Shown here: one piece after another, positions 17,297-26,131 of the stretch
How the letters are laid out: each line of letters starts with the position of its first letter
How positions within the stretch are numbered: the stretch's first letter is position 1
From: Desulfobacteraceae bacterium
GTDB lineage: Bacteria; Desulfobacterota; DSM-4660; Desulfatiglandales; Desulfatiglandaceae
Assembly: GCA_030589715.1 (NCBI GenBank)
Contig: JAUUVE010000001.1
Span: forward strand, 1 to 27,461
DNA: 27,461 nucleotides
Direction: 5' to 3'
Position numbers and translations under genes: made by a program
The notes under the pieces: model-generated
The model's database searches: none
What the model was told of the DNA's origin: nothing
The model's input: the letters and a program-made list of their open reading frames with translations, nothing else

Positions 17297-18472
17297 TTAT
17301 GAATAGAGAAGGTATGGCTTCCTCCATTGAACAAAATATTCAAGCTCTCTCTCCCATTTTTCCTCTAGGAGGGAGAGACGAGCACCGGATTCCAGCTCAA
17401 GCCGGAGAGATGAATTGCCCATGATCAGGTCTATGGGCTTTTTTTTGTATTCATACTCATAAGGAGGGTTTTTCCACTTAAAGCTTCCTCGGTGGGTCTC
17501 CATGGCCGCCTTCAGCAAGGCAATTGAAGTATGATAGGGCCGGTAGACATGGGGGTCGAGTACATGTATCATGAATCCGTGGCAAAGCTCCCCCTGCCAT
17601 TTGTGGTATGTGGGGCGAAAGGAAAATCCCTGAAGCTGACACCCGCATGTGGCCTCCTGGTCCAGAGCCCGTTTGACCGCTGCGGTATCTAAATAGGGGG
17701 CTCCAAATATCTCAAAGGGTCTACATGTCCCTCGTCCTTCGGAAAGGTTGGTACCTTCCCAGATCACCTGGCCGGGGTAGACAAGGGCTGTTTGGGGGAA
17801 AGGCATATTGGGAGAGGGCATGATCCATCTCAATCCGGTCTCAAACCAGAGCATCTCCCGATGCCACCCATTCATGGTTATGATTTCCAGATCACAGTTT
17901 AGGCCAAAGATGTCATTAAAGATCCTGGCCATCTCCCCCATTGTCAAGCCATGCCGCATGGGGAGGCTATAAGGTCCCACAAATGAATATAATTCTGGCT
18001 GGAGGAGGTTCCCTTCCACCACCGCTCCCCCCAGGGGATTGGGCCGGTCCAGGACGAGGACCTTTTTGCCTTCCTTTGCTGCGGCCTTGAGGCAATTGAG
18101 CATGGTGGAGGAGAAGGTATAGACCCTTGTTCCCACATCCTGTAAATCAATGATAAGGACATCTATCATCTCAAGCATATGCGGGAGCGGTTCTCTCTTA
18201 TCGGCATAGAGGCTAAAGACGGGTATCCCTAACTCTTTGTCATATGAATGGTCCGTTTCGACCATATTGTCCTGGGCCTCACCACTGAAGCCGTGCTGTG
18301 GACCGAAAAGGGCCTTCAGCTGGCCGGGGAGCAGACTGGAGATGACTTCCCCGGAGGTATTCAACCTGCTATCCAAGGAGGCCTGGTTAGACAGGAGTCC
18401 CAATCTATAACCTGTGAGCCTTTTCCACAGTCCCTCGCGAATGCGATCTATACCTGTCTGGACATAATCCAT
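17297..18472 (-). CDS. DUF1343 / exo-beta-N-acetylmuramidase NamZ family protein
   Basis: LFGPQHG, DLQDVGTRVYTF, LDRPNPLGG, RHGLTMGE, PSPNMP, NLSEGRGT..PFE. Start set at ATG 18472 (the ORF track extends to 18514). Confidence 0.92.
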   Translation of the reverse strand: MDYVQTGIDRIREGLWKRLTGYRLGLLSNQASLDSRLNTSGEVISSLLPGQLKALFGPQHGFSGEAQDNMVETDHSYDKELGIPVFSLYADKREPLPHMLEMIDVLIIDLQDVGTRVYTFSSTMLNCLKAAAKEGKKVLVLDRPNPLGGAVVEGNLLQPELYSFVGPYSLPMRHGLTMGEMARIFNDIFGLNCDLEIITMNGWHREMLWFETGLRWIMPSPNMPFPQTALVYPGQVIWEGTNLSEGRGTCRPFEIFGAPYLDTAAVKRALDQEATCGCQLQGFSFRPTYHKWQGELCHGFMIHVLDPHVYRPYHTSIALLKAAMETHRGSFKWKNPPYEYEYKKKPIDLIMGNSSLRLELESGARLSLLEEKWERELEYFVQWRKPYLLYS

Positions 18473-18681
18473 ATTCTGGTTCCATTGCCCTTTTGAGGTT
18501 TTTCTCAGAACCATTTTCGAGAATCCTATGTGATCTGCATATTCTTTTCAACCCGTATCCTGGAAACCGAAGTCATAACACGTTGAGATAGAGATAAGTT
18601 TCACTTTTTGGGAGAAATTGTAGACCCTAATAATTTCAGCTAGTTGAAAGACAGAAATAGCGGTTTCAAGGCAGTATAGAT

Positions 18682-19578
18682 ATGAAAGGAAAAATCCTCA
18701 TTCTTCTCCTTGCAACCTGTCTTATCCTCTTTACAAAAGGGCTTTACGGAGGGGAAGTGCAGGTCCTGGAAAGAGACGATATCAGGGTCCTCTTTGAGCC
18801 CCCCTTGGGAGCCGCTTCGAAGGAGGTGGCAAACGTCTATCAGGGGATCAGGGGGGAGATCGAGGGTATCTTTGGATGGAGCCTCAATTTCCGACCCACC
18901 GTGTTATTGATTAGTGATAGCAAGCACTTTGGGAGGATGGCTGAAAGCCCCCTTACAGTTGCCTTTGCCGTCCCTTCTAAGGGCCTGATCGTAATCGACT
19001 ACTCCAAGATGAAGCGCCATCCTTTCAACCTTCAAGATACGTTGAAACATGAGATCTGCCATCTCCTGCTTCACGAACATATTAAGGAGGCAGTATTACC
19101 GAGATGGTTGGATGAGGGTGTTTGTCAGTGGGCGAGCGGGGGTGTAGTAGATATTATTATGGATCAAAAACGGTCCCTTCTTAACAGGGCTGCGCTTAGA
19201 GGTAAATTTATCCCCCTGGGTTCTTTGCGAAGGGGCTTCCCCAGAGACAAAGATTCCTTATTGTTGGCCTATGAGGAGAGCAAGGGCTTTGTAGAGCACA
19301 TAATCGCCAAATTTGGCAAAGAGGGGATCTTGAGAGTCCTTGAACATATGAAGAGGGGGGAGGAAGCAGATACGGCCGTCTTGAGGTCCCTATCCATGCC
19401 CCTTGATAGGCTTGAAGAGGCATGGCATCGTTCGCTTATGAGAAAGATGACCTGGTTTACATATCTGAGCTACCATCTCTACGAAATCCTCTTTGCCCTC
19501 GGTGCCCTGATTACCATATACGCATTCATAAGAGCAATAGGGAGGAAAAGGGCCTATATGAAGGGAGATGAAGAATGA
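18682..19578 (+). CDS. Peptidase MA-like zinc metalloprotease domain protein
   Basis: Signal peptide, HEICH (HExxH), PRWLDEG, AY.ES, C-terminal TM helix. Confidence 0.8.
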   Translation: MKGKILILLLATCLILFTKGLYGGEVQVLERDDIRVLFEPPLGAASKEVANVYQGIRGEIEGIFGWSLNFRPTVLLISDSKHFGRMAESPLTVAFAVPSKGLIVIDYSKMKRHPFNLQDTLKHEICHLLLHEHIKEAVLPRWLDEGVCQWASGGVVDIIMDQKRSLLNRAALRGKFIPLGSLRRGFPRDKDSLLLAYEESKGFVEHIIAKFGKEGILRVLEHMKRGEEADTAVLRSLSMPLDRLEEAWHRSLMRKMTWFTYLSYHLYEILFALGALITIYAFIRAIGRKRAYMKGDEE

Positions 19579-19670
19579 TGTTATCCCTCAATTTGTCGGG
19601 AGGGCTTGTGTCCCCTTGGGAGGCTCATAGGACTGAACATGGAAACAATAGGCACTGAAAGTAGCCAAAG

Positions 19671-20676
19671 ATGAAATTTCCCTATCTGTTTTCGCCCATA
19701 AAGATCAATGGCATGGAGCTAAAGAATCGGATTGTCATGACGGCCATGCATCTTGGTTATACTCCAGAAGGAGAGTGAAATGGGGATGGACCCCTCCCCT
19801 GGGTCCAAAAGGGTACTGGTCATTGGCGGGGGCCCTGCTGGCATGAAGGCAGCCTGCAGTGCAGCGGAGAGGGGCCACAAGGTGACCCTGGTTGAAAAGA
19901 AACACAGGTTAGGAGGGCAGGTGCTTCTGAACAGAGACATTCCGGGCAGGAGAGAGCTGGTCACTCTGGCCAAAGACCTGATCAATAATCTGGAGGCCCT
20001 GACAGTTGATATAATCCTTGGTAAGGAGGCCAATCCCGAGTTAATAAGAGAGACGGCGCCTGATGCGGTTGTGGTGGCAAGTGGTGCAAGGCCCATATTG
20101 CCAGATATACGTGGTATCGAGAGCAAAAAGGTGGTACAGGCATGGGATCTATTGGATGGAAAGGTGGGTGTTGGCAAGAAGGTAGCAATTGTTGGGGGAA
20201 ACGCCGTAGGCCTTGAAACGGCCCTCTACTTGGCCAACCAGGGGACAATTTCGCCCGAGGTGCTCCATTTTCTGATGACCAATAGGGCTGAGTCTCTTAA
20301 GGGATTGACAGAATTGCTCAACAAAGGCAATAAGGAAGTAACCGTTGTAGAAATGGCCAAAAGGGCCGGCCAGGACATCGGTCCATCGACGCGATGGACC
20401 GTGATGGCTGAGCTGAGGCGCCTGGGGGTCCGTATTAGGACAGGCACCAAGGCAGTTGGTATTACACCTGATGGCCTTGAGGTAGAAAAAAAGGGAGGAC
20501 CTGATTTTGTGCCTGCCGATTCCGTCGTGATTGTTGCAGGATCCAGATCTGAAAATGGGCTGATAGGTCAGATTCAAGGGATGGGTTCTGAGATTTACAC
20601 GGTGGGAGATGCCAGGAAACCCCGGAATGTCTTGGAGGCGATCCGGGAAGGATTTATGGTGGGGTTGAGGCTATAG
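19671..20676 (+). pseudogene. FadH/old-yellow-enzyme-type NADH:flavin oxidoreductase gene with a large internal deletion and frameshift
   Basis: 19671-19778 encodes MKFPYLFSPIKINGMELKNRIVMTAMHLGYTPEGE*, an OYE TIM-barrel N-terminus. 19780-20676, in another frame, encodes only the C-terminal FAD/NAD(P)H module (VIGGGPAG, VAIVGGNAVG, GDARKPRNVLEAIREG). Confidence 0.85.
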
Positions 20677-20722
20677 TGGCTTCAGGGCCCTATTGCTCAA
20701 AGATTCTTAAAGGAGGTTGGTT

Positions 20723-20824
20723 ATGGGTAAAGGTGATATCCGCACAAAGCGCGGAAAGATCTGGAGGGGTACTACTGGTAGGACCCGTCCCAAGAAAAAG
20801 AAGAAGGGGAAGGCCCAAAAGTAA
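20723..20824 (+). CDS. thx: 30S ribosomal protein THX (bS31 family), 33 aa; absent from the ORF track
   Basis: [42 protein letters not shown] 6 nt upstream of ATG. Matches the [18 protein letters not shown] signature of THX. Confidence 0.9.
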   Translation: MGKGDIRTKRGKIWRGTTGRTRPKKKKKGKAQK

Positions 20825-20909
20825 AGAGGTATTTGGGCCGGGCCTAGGCCCCTCTGACCCCCAAAGTGGCTGCCGTTTTATCATCCGAGGCATATCTCAT
20901 AGGTATGCT

Positions 20910-21043
20910 TGATCCGCCCGCAAAAAGTTTTTTTTGCGGGCAATCGCGAATTTGGGGGTTTAGGTATTGTGGATTATTCTTAAAATTAGGCATACGGGGC
21001 ATTGCCCATACCATGAGCTTTTCGATTTTTTACGAGACCATCA
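20910..21043. mobile_element. 134-bp MITE, copy 2
   Basis: Ends tgatccgcccgcaaaaagtt / gattttttacgagaccatca. Same orientation and length as 16645-16778. Confidence 0.8.
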
Positions 21044-21094
21044 ATGCTTATATAGCGAAAAAAATCCAAGAAAGTTGGCAAAAGATGAAATCGT

Positions 21095-21108
21095 TTGACT
21101 TAGGTCAA
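21095..21108. promoter_or_regulatory. HcpR (CRP/FNR-family) binding site
   Basis: Perfect TTGAC-ttag-GTCAA upstream of hcp. An AATAAT -10-like hexamer at 21131-21136 places its centre near -41.5. Confidence 0.75.
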
Positions 21109-21219
21109 GGAAACTATCTTCTGAATCATAAATAATAGCCTCACAATTAAGGCAAGGAAGGGGCTGATCGCCAATTCCTGCAATAGAAAAAATCAACACA
21201 GGATGAAAGGAGGCAAACC

Positions 21220-22848
21220 ATGTTTTGTTACCAGTGTGAACAGACGGCAAAAGGCGAGGGGTGCACCAAGATAGGGGTCTGCGGAAAACAACCGGATGTG
21301 GCGGCCCTACAAGACCTCTTGATCTATGCAGTGAGGGGCCTATCCCTTTGTGCAGTGGAGGGTCGGAGGGTAGGTGTTAATGATCATGACACTGATGTCT
21401 TTACCTGTAAGGCGATATTTTCCACCCTTACCAATGTAAATTTTGACCCGGAGCGGTTTGTGCCGCTTATCAATCAGTGCGTGGAACTCAGAGAGAATCT
21501 CAAGGAAAAGGTAAGAGGGGCGGGCGGAAATGTGGATTTTTCTGAAGGACCTGCGACCTTTAGGCCTGAAACCACTTTAGAGGGTCTAATCAAACAGGGT
21601 GAGGCCGTCGGGATAAAATCCGATCCTGATATTGACCCGGACATCCACGGCCTCCAATGGGCCCTTACCTACGGAATTAAGGGGGTCTGTGCATACGCCG
21701 ATCACGCACAGATTCTGGGCCAGGAGGACGATAAGGTATACGCCTTTATCCACGAAGGGCTGGCAGCCACAGAGAATAAAGCCCTGAGCCTTGATGATTG
21801 GGTTGGGCTGGTTCTCAAGTGTGGGGAGATCAATCTGAGGGCCATGGAGCTGCTGGATGCCGGCAATACCGGGACATATGGTCATCCAGTGCCCACAGAG
21901 GTACCCCTTGGGGCAAAAAAGGGAAAGGCCATACTGGTATCCGGGCACGATCTAGAGGATCTGGAAGAGATCCTCAAGCAGAGCGAGGGCAAAGGGATCA
22001 ATGTTTACACCCACGGTGAGATGCTGCCCTGCCATGGGTACCCGGAGCTGAAGAAGTATCCTCACTTCTATGGGCACTATGGCACAGCCTGGCAGAATCA
22101 GACCAAGGAATTTTTGGACTTTCCTGGGGCTATCTTGATGACGACCAACTGTATTCAAAAACCTAAAGATGATTATAAGGATAATATCTTTACCACAGGC
22201 CTTGTGGGTTGGCCTGGTGTGACCCATATTGCAGATAAGAATTTTGAACCTGTCATCAAAAAGGCCCTGGAAATGGAAGGGTTTTCAGAGGATACCAATG
22301 GCCGTTCAGTCATGTGCGGTTTTGGGCATAATGCCGTAATGGGAGTGGCCGATAAGTTGATAGATGCGGTCAAAAGCGGTGCCATAAGACATTTCTTTCT
22401 GGTGGCAGGCTGTGATGGTGCGAAACCAGGGAGGAACTACTATACCCAATTCGTCGAGCAGGTCCCGGCAGACTGTGTGGTCCTCACGCTGGCCTGTGGC
22501 AAGTTCCGCTTCTTTGACAAAGACCTGGGGGAGATCGGTGGCATCCCCAGGCTTTTGGATATTGGGCAGTGTAATGACGCCTACTCGGCCATCCAGATAG
22601 CGGTAGCCTTGGCAGGGGCCTTTGAATGCGAGGTGAATGAGCTTCCCCTCAATATAATACTCTCCTGGTATGAGCAAAAGGCGGTGGCCATCCTTTTGAC
22701 CTTGCTTCACCTGGGTATCAAGGATATCAGGTTGGGCCCGAGCCTGCCCGCCTTTATTACGCCCAATGTCCTGGACGTCCTGGTCAAGAACTTTAACCTC
22801 ATGCCCATCAGTACGCCAGAGGAGGATCTGAAGGCGATTTTGGGGTAA
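21220..22848 (+). CDS. hcp: Hybrid cluster protein (hydroxylamine/NO reductase), class I-like, 542 aa
   Basis: N-terminal CYQCEQ..C..GVCGK cubane motif. Hybrid-cluster ligand motifs SGHD, HGEM, TTNC, AGCDG, LACGK, GQCND, WYEQKA. Confidence 0.97.
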   Translation: MFCYQCEQTAKGEGCTKIGVCGKQPDVAALQDLLIYAVRGLSLCAVEGRRVGVNDHDTDVFTCKAIFSTLTNVNFDPERFVPLINQCVELRENLKEKVRGAGGNVDFSEGPATFRPETTLEGLIKQGEAVGIKSDPDIDPDIHGLQWALTYGIKGVCAYADHAQILGQEDDKVYAFIHEGLAATENKALSLDDWVGLVLKCGEINLRAMELLDAGNTGTYGHPVPTEVPLGAKKGKAILVSGHDLEDLEEILKQSEGKGINVYTHGEMLPCHGYPELKKYPHFYGHYGTAWQNQTKEFLDFPGAILMTTNCIQKPKDDYKDNIFTTGLVGWPGVTHIADKNFEPVIKKALEMEGFSEDTNGRSVMCGFGHNAVMGVADKLIDAVKSGAIRHFFLVAGCDGAKPGRNYYTQFVEQVPADCVVLTLACGKFRFFDKDLGEIGGIPRLLDIGQCNDAYSAIQIAVALAGAFECEVNELPLNIILSWYEQKAVAILLTLLHLGIKDIRLGPSLPAFITPNVLDVLVKNFNLMPISTPEEDLKAILG

Positions 22849-22858
22849 GGAGTATAAG

Positions 22859-23614
22859 ATGAAAGTCAAGAGAAAGATTGTCGAGATTGATGAAGAACTA
22901 TGTGATGGGTGCGGGCAGTGCGTGCCAGCCTGTGCCGAGGGTGCCATTGAGATCATAGATGGCAAGGCGCGCATCGCGGCGGAGAAGTATTGTGACGGTC
23001 TGGGCGCATGCCTGGGAGAGTGCCCAAATGATGCCCTGGCCATTATTGAACGGGAGGCGGAGGACTTTGATGAAGAGGCAGTGGAGGCCTACCTCCAAGC
23101 AAAGGAGAAGGATGAAAGGGCCGATAAATCCGCTCTGCCGTGTGGTTGTCCCTCTGCAGCCCTCCAGACATTTATTCCTCCGGCCTCAACCCAAGGTACA
23201 ATTCATGCTGGTAAGGAGGGCCGCTCGGTATCCAATCTCTCTCACTGGCCGGTCCAGATCCGCCTGGTGCCACCAACCGCACCCTTCCTCAAAGGGGCGG
23301 ATCTGTTGGTGGTTGCCGACTGTGTGCCTGTGGCCTACCCCAATCTACACTCGGATTTTTTATCGGGTAAGGTCGTCCTGATTGGGTGCCCCAAGCTGGA
23401 TGATGTTGAGCCCTACATAGAGAAATTCGCTGACATCTTCAGAACGGCCGACCTAAAGAGTGTAACCGTCCTTATCATGGAAGTTCCATGCTGTTCTGGT
23501 CTTGAGACGATTATCAAGAGGGCAATGGAGGCGGCTGGAAAAGAGATCCCCTTCGAGGAAGTGGTTTTTAGTACACGTGGTGAGATCCTAAAGAGGGAAA
23601 AGATGGCAGCCTAA
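22859..23614 (+). CDS. Hcp-associated 2x[4Fe-4S] ferredoxin-like protein (FrdX-like)
   Basis: CDGCGQCVPAC and CDGLGACLGECP, plus CGCPS, WPVQI, GCPKLD, EVPCC. Begins 10 bp after hcp. Confidence 0.88.
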   Translation: MKVKRKIVEIDEELCDGCGQCVPACAEGAIEIIDGKARIAAEKYCDGLGACLGECPNDALAIIEREAEDFDEEAVEAYLQAKEKDERADKSALPCGCPSAALQTFIPPASTQGTIHAGKEGRSVSNLSHWPVQIRLVPPTAPFLKGADLLVVADCVPVAYPNLHSDFLSGKVVLIGCPKLDDVEPYIEKFADIFRTADLKSVTVLIMEVPCCSGLETIIKRAMEAAGKEIPFEEVVFSTRGEILKREKMAA

Positions 23615-23714
23615 GTCGGAAACTCGGGTACTTAGTGGCTGACCGAAAACCTCGAAATATGGTTTTTAGTTTTACTCGTAAATCTTCAACGTACTGAGAT
23701 CGCTTTCTTTTTTG

Positions 23715-23740
23715 AATCCGAAATCCGCAATCCAAAATCG
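23715..23740. repeat. Short heptamer tandem (AATCCG[A/C])
   Basis: aatccga aatccgc aatccaa aatcg. Confidence 0.55.
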
Positions 23741-23768
23741 TGCCTGAACGGACTTTTCGTTCAGGCAC
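23740..23768. terminator. Perfect 11-bp stem hairpin between the convergent ferredoxin-like and plsC genes
   Basis: gtgcctgaacg-gactttt-cgttcaggcac. Confidence 0.6.
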
Positions 23769-23771
23769 TAC

Positions 23772-24515
23772 TTAGTCCTGCTCGGCCATGCGGGGGTCAC
23801 GGCCTTCCTCCATAAGACACTGTATGACCTCTCTTACTCGGTCCATCAATTGGTTGATGTTTTTTCTGTTATAGCCCTTTACTGAAATAGGTTCCCCAAT
23901 GTGAATATCAAAGGAGCCTTTATTAATCTTGAGGCTGCCTTTGGGAACGATCCGGTAACTCTCGCTAATGGCCACTGGTACAATGTCACAGCCGGACTTG
24001 AGGGCGAGATTGAATCCACCCCTTTTGAACGGCAACAGCTTTCCATCAACGCCCCTGGTTCCCTCCGGAAACATAACAACGGATACCCCGCCTCTGATTT
24101 TTTGGGCTGCCTCCTTCATACCCTTTACCGCTTTTCTGGGGTCTTCCCTTTCTATCCCTATATAGCCTGCTCTTCTCATGGCAGGGCCAAAAAGAGGGAT
24201 CTTCATAAGTTCCTGTTTCAGGATAAACTTGAAATCAACAGGAATATAGGCGAGGAGGGCAAAGATATCGAAAAAACTCTGGTGGTTGGTCATGTAAACG
24301 CGAGGTACCCCGGGCTCAACATTTTGCAGTCCCGAGATCCTGACCTTGACGCCACAGACCCAAAGGATCATCTTTGCCCAAGGAACAGCGCCATAAAAAT
24401 GGACCCTTTTTTCATCCCTGTCAAAGAGCGAGAGCACGAGGCACCAGAGGCATAGGACTATGCTGTGAATGGCAATAAATGCGTTTAATAGGAAGGACCT
24501 GATCATCTCTATCAA
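23772..24515 (-). CDS. plsC: 1-acyl-sn-glycerol-3-phosphate acyltransferase
   Basis: NHQSFFD (HX4D) and FPEGTR motifs. Start TTG 24515 or ATG 24506. Confidence 0.9.
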   Translation of the reverse strand: MIEMIRSFLLNAFIAIHSIVLCLWCLVLSLFDRDEKRVHFYGAVPWAKMILWVCGVKVRISGLQNVEPGVPRVYMTNHQSFFDIFALLAYIPVDFKFILKQELMKIPLFGPAMRRAGYIGIEREDPRKAVKGMKEAAQKIRGGVSVVMFPEGTRGVDGKLLPFKRGGFNLALKSGCDIVPVAISESYRIVPKGSLKINKGSFDIHIGEPISVKGYNRKNINQLMDRVREVIQCLMEEGRDPRMAEQD

Positions 24516-24575
24516 CTAAATAATCTTACCTTGAAGATTTTCTTTTTACCTGCCCAGAGCGGTGATTTCAAATGC

Positions 24576-25265
24576 TCAAGATAACAGCGGCATCTTTACC
24601 ATATCTTTTAATATCCTCGCTTGTCTTCTCAATACCCGGGTATTCGGATTTGTTGGGGACCACCTGTGTGGGCTTGGAAGGATAGCGGTCAAAAGTGCGG
24701 CCTGGGTCCGGGTGATACGGGAAGATGGGGTGTGAAAATATTTGCGTGAGGCCGCCTCGGCCCCCATGATCCCCTCCCCCCAATCTACTGTGTTAAGATA
24801 GATCTCAAGGATTCTCTCTTTGCTCCAAAACAATTCCATAAGGAGAGTACAGTAAGCCTCGACCGCTTTTCTTGCCCAGGTCCTTTCGGTACAGAGAAAG
24901 ACGGTCCTGGCCGTCTGCATGGTAATAGTGCTTGCCCCCCTGGTCCCCTTTCTTGAGAACATTTCCTTGAGCGCCTGATTCATTTCTATAAAGTCGAATC
25001 CATGATGGGACAGAAACCGCTGGTCTTCACCTGCCAGGACTGCTCGCCTGAGATGTGGTGAGATCTCTTTGAGCTGACGCCACATATTGCGCTGCATATA
25101 ATTCCTGGCATTACCCCAGTTCTCGACCCAACTATAGGCCATCATGGCGGTGAAAGGTGGATTGACATACCTTAACGATAGGATTGGGAGTATGCTTAGG
25201 ATCAAAAGGACAAGAAGGAATTTCAAACCCCAACGTAAAATTCTCCGGGGCCTTCTTTTTCTCAT
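24576..25265 (-). CDS. mtgA: Monofunctional biosynthetic peptidoglycan transglycosylase (GT51)
   Basis: EDQRFLSHHG, GASTITMQTAR, RKAVE, KERILEIYLN motifs. Start uncertain; the ORF-track start overlaps mazG. Confidence 0.9.
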   Translation of the reverse strand: MRKRRPRRILRWGLKFLLVLLILSILPILSLRYVNPPFTAMMAYSWVENWGNARNYMQRNMWRQLKEISPHLRRAVLAGEDQRFLSHHGFDFIEMNQALKEMFSRKGTRGASTITMQTARTVFLCTERTWARKAVEAYCTLLMELFWSKERILEIYLNTVDWGEGIMGAEAASRKYFHTPSSRITRTQAALLTAILPSPHRWSPTNPNTRVLRRQARILKDMVKMPLLS

Positions 25266-25281
25266 CTTCCTAGACAAGTGG

Positions 25282-26082
25282 TCACTGCCCCTCGCGATCT
25301 TTGACCATTTCCCAGGTCCTGTCCATCTGATCCAATGAGGCCTCTTCAAGTTGGGTGCCGGCGGTCTTTAATTCTCTTTCCATCTTTCCGAAACGTTCCA
25401 GAAATTTCAGGTTGGCCACCCTTAGGAGATGTTCGGCATTAAGTCCCCAATGCCTACAAAGATTTACTATGCTAAAGAGCAGATCTCCCAGCTCTTCGGT
25501 AACCTCCTCCCTTTCATCTCGGGCAATGGCCGAACCGAGTTCATCAAATTCCTCCTGAACCTTATCCCAGATACCCACAGCACTTGTCCAATCAAAGCCC
25601 ACCTTGGAGGCCCTCTCGCTCAATCTATGTGCCCTGAGGAGGGCTGGCAGATCCACCGGGATGCTTTCTAGGAGCGCGGAGGTATCGTCAGGGGAGTTTC
25701 TCTCGGCCTTCTTTATCCGGGTCCAATTGAGGGCCACCTCTTCGGCGCTACCCACCCTTTTTTGGCCGAAGACATGGGGGTGCCTCCGGATCATCTTTTC
25801 TGTGATCCTCTCTACAACTTCAACAAAATCAAACTGAGTTCTTTCCGCCGCTAGCGGGGCCAAGAAGAGAATCTGGAATAGGAGATCGCCCAATTCTGAG
25901 CAGACCTCCTGAGGGGATGATTTCTCAATGGCCGCTAGGACCTCGTATGCCTCTTCAAGCAGGTATATCTTTATGCTGGAATCTGTCTGTTTTTTGTCCC
26001 AGGGGCAGCCATTAGGTCTCCGGAGGCACTGGATCAATTCAACGAGGGCCACAATGGCCTTAGATAGCCTATCAGAATCCAT
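25282..26082 (-). CDS. mazG: Nucleoside triphosphate pyrophosphohydrolase MazG (tandem domain)
   Basis: GCPWDKKQT, LLEEAYEV, ELGDLLFQ, KMIRRHPHVF, GFDW, EELGDLLF. AAGGA SD before ATG 26082. Confidence 0.93.
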   Translation of the reverse strand: MDSDRLSKAIVALVELIQCLRRPNGCPWDKKQTDSSIKIYLLEEAYEVLAAIEKSSPQEVCSELGDLLFQILFLAPLAAERTQFDFVEVVERITEKMIRRHPHVFGQKRVGSAEEVALNWTRIKKAERNSPDDTSALLESIPVDLPALLRAHRLSERASKVGFDWTSAVGIWDKVQEEFDELGSAIARDEREEVTEELGDLLFSIVNLCRHWGLNAEHLLRVANLKFLERFGKMERELKTAGTQLEEASLDQMDRTWEMVKDREGQ

Positions 26083-26131
26083 ATTTTCCTTTGAAGCTTT
26101 GGGCCTTTTCTGAGACGGCCTTGTTGATCCC

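Noticed and set aside
19753-19779. ORF-track start TTG 19753 for the oxidoreductase
   Set aside because: It lies in the out-of-frame N-terminal fragment of the deleted gene; ATG 19780 has an SD.
22306-23043. Long antisense ORFs (22306-23043, 9592-10080, 717-1211, 23901-24455 and similar)
   Set aside because: Shadow frames of well-supported genes with no independent homology or SD.
25266-25349. ORF-track N-terminal extensions of mtgA (also mazG and cvpA)
   Set aside because: They overlap upstream genes; downstream ATGs fit family N-termini better.
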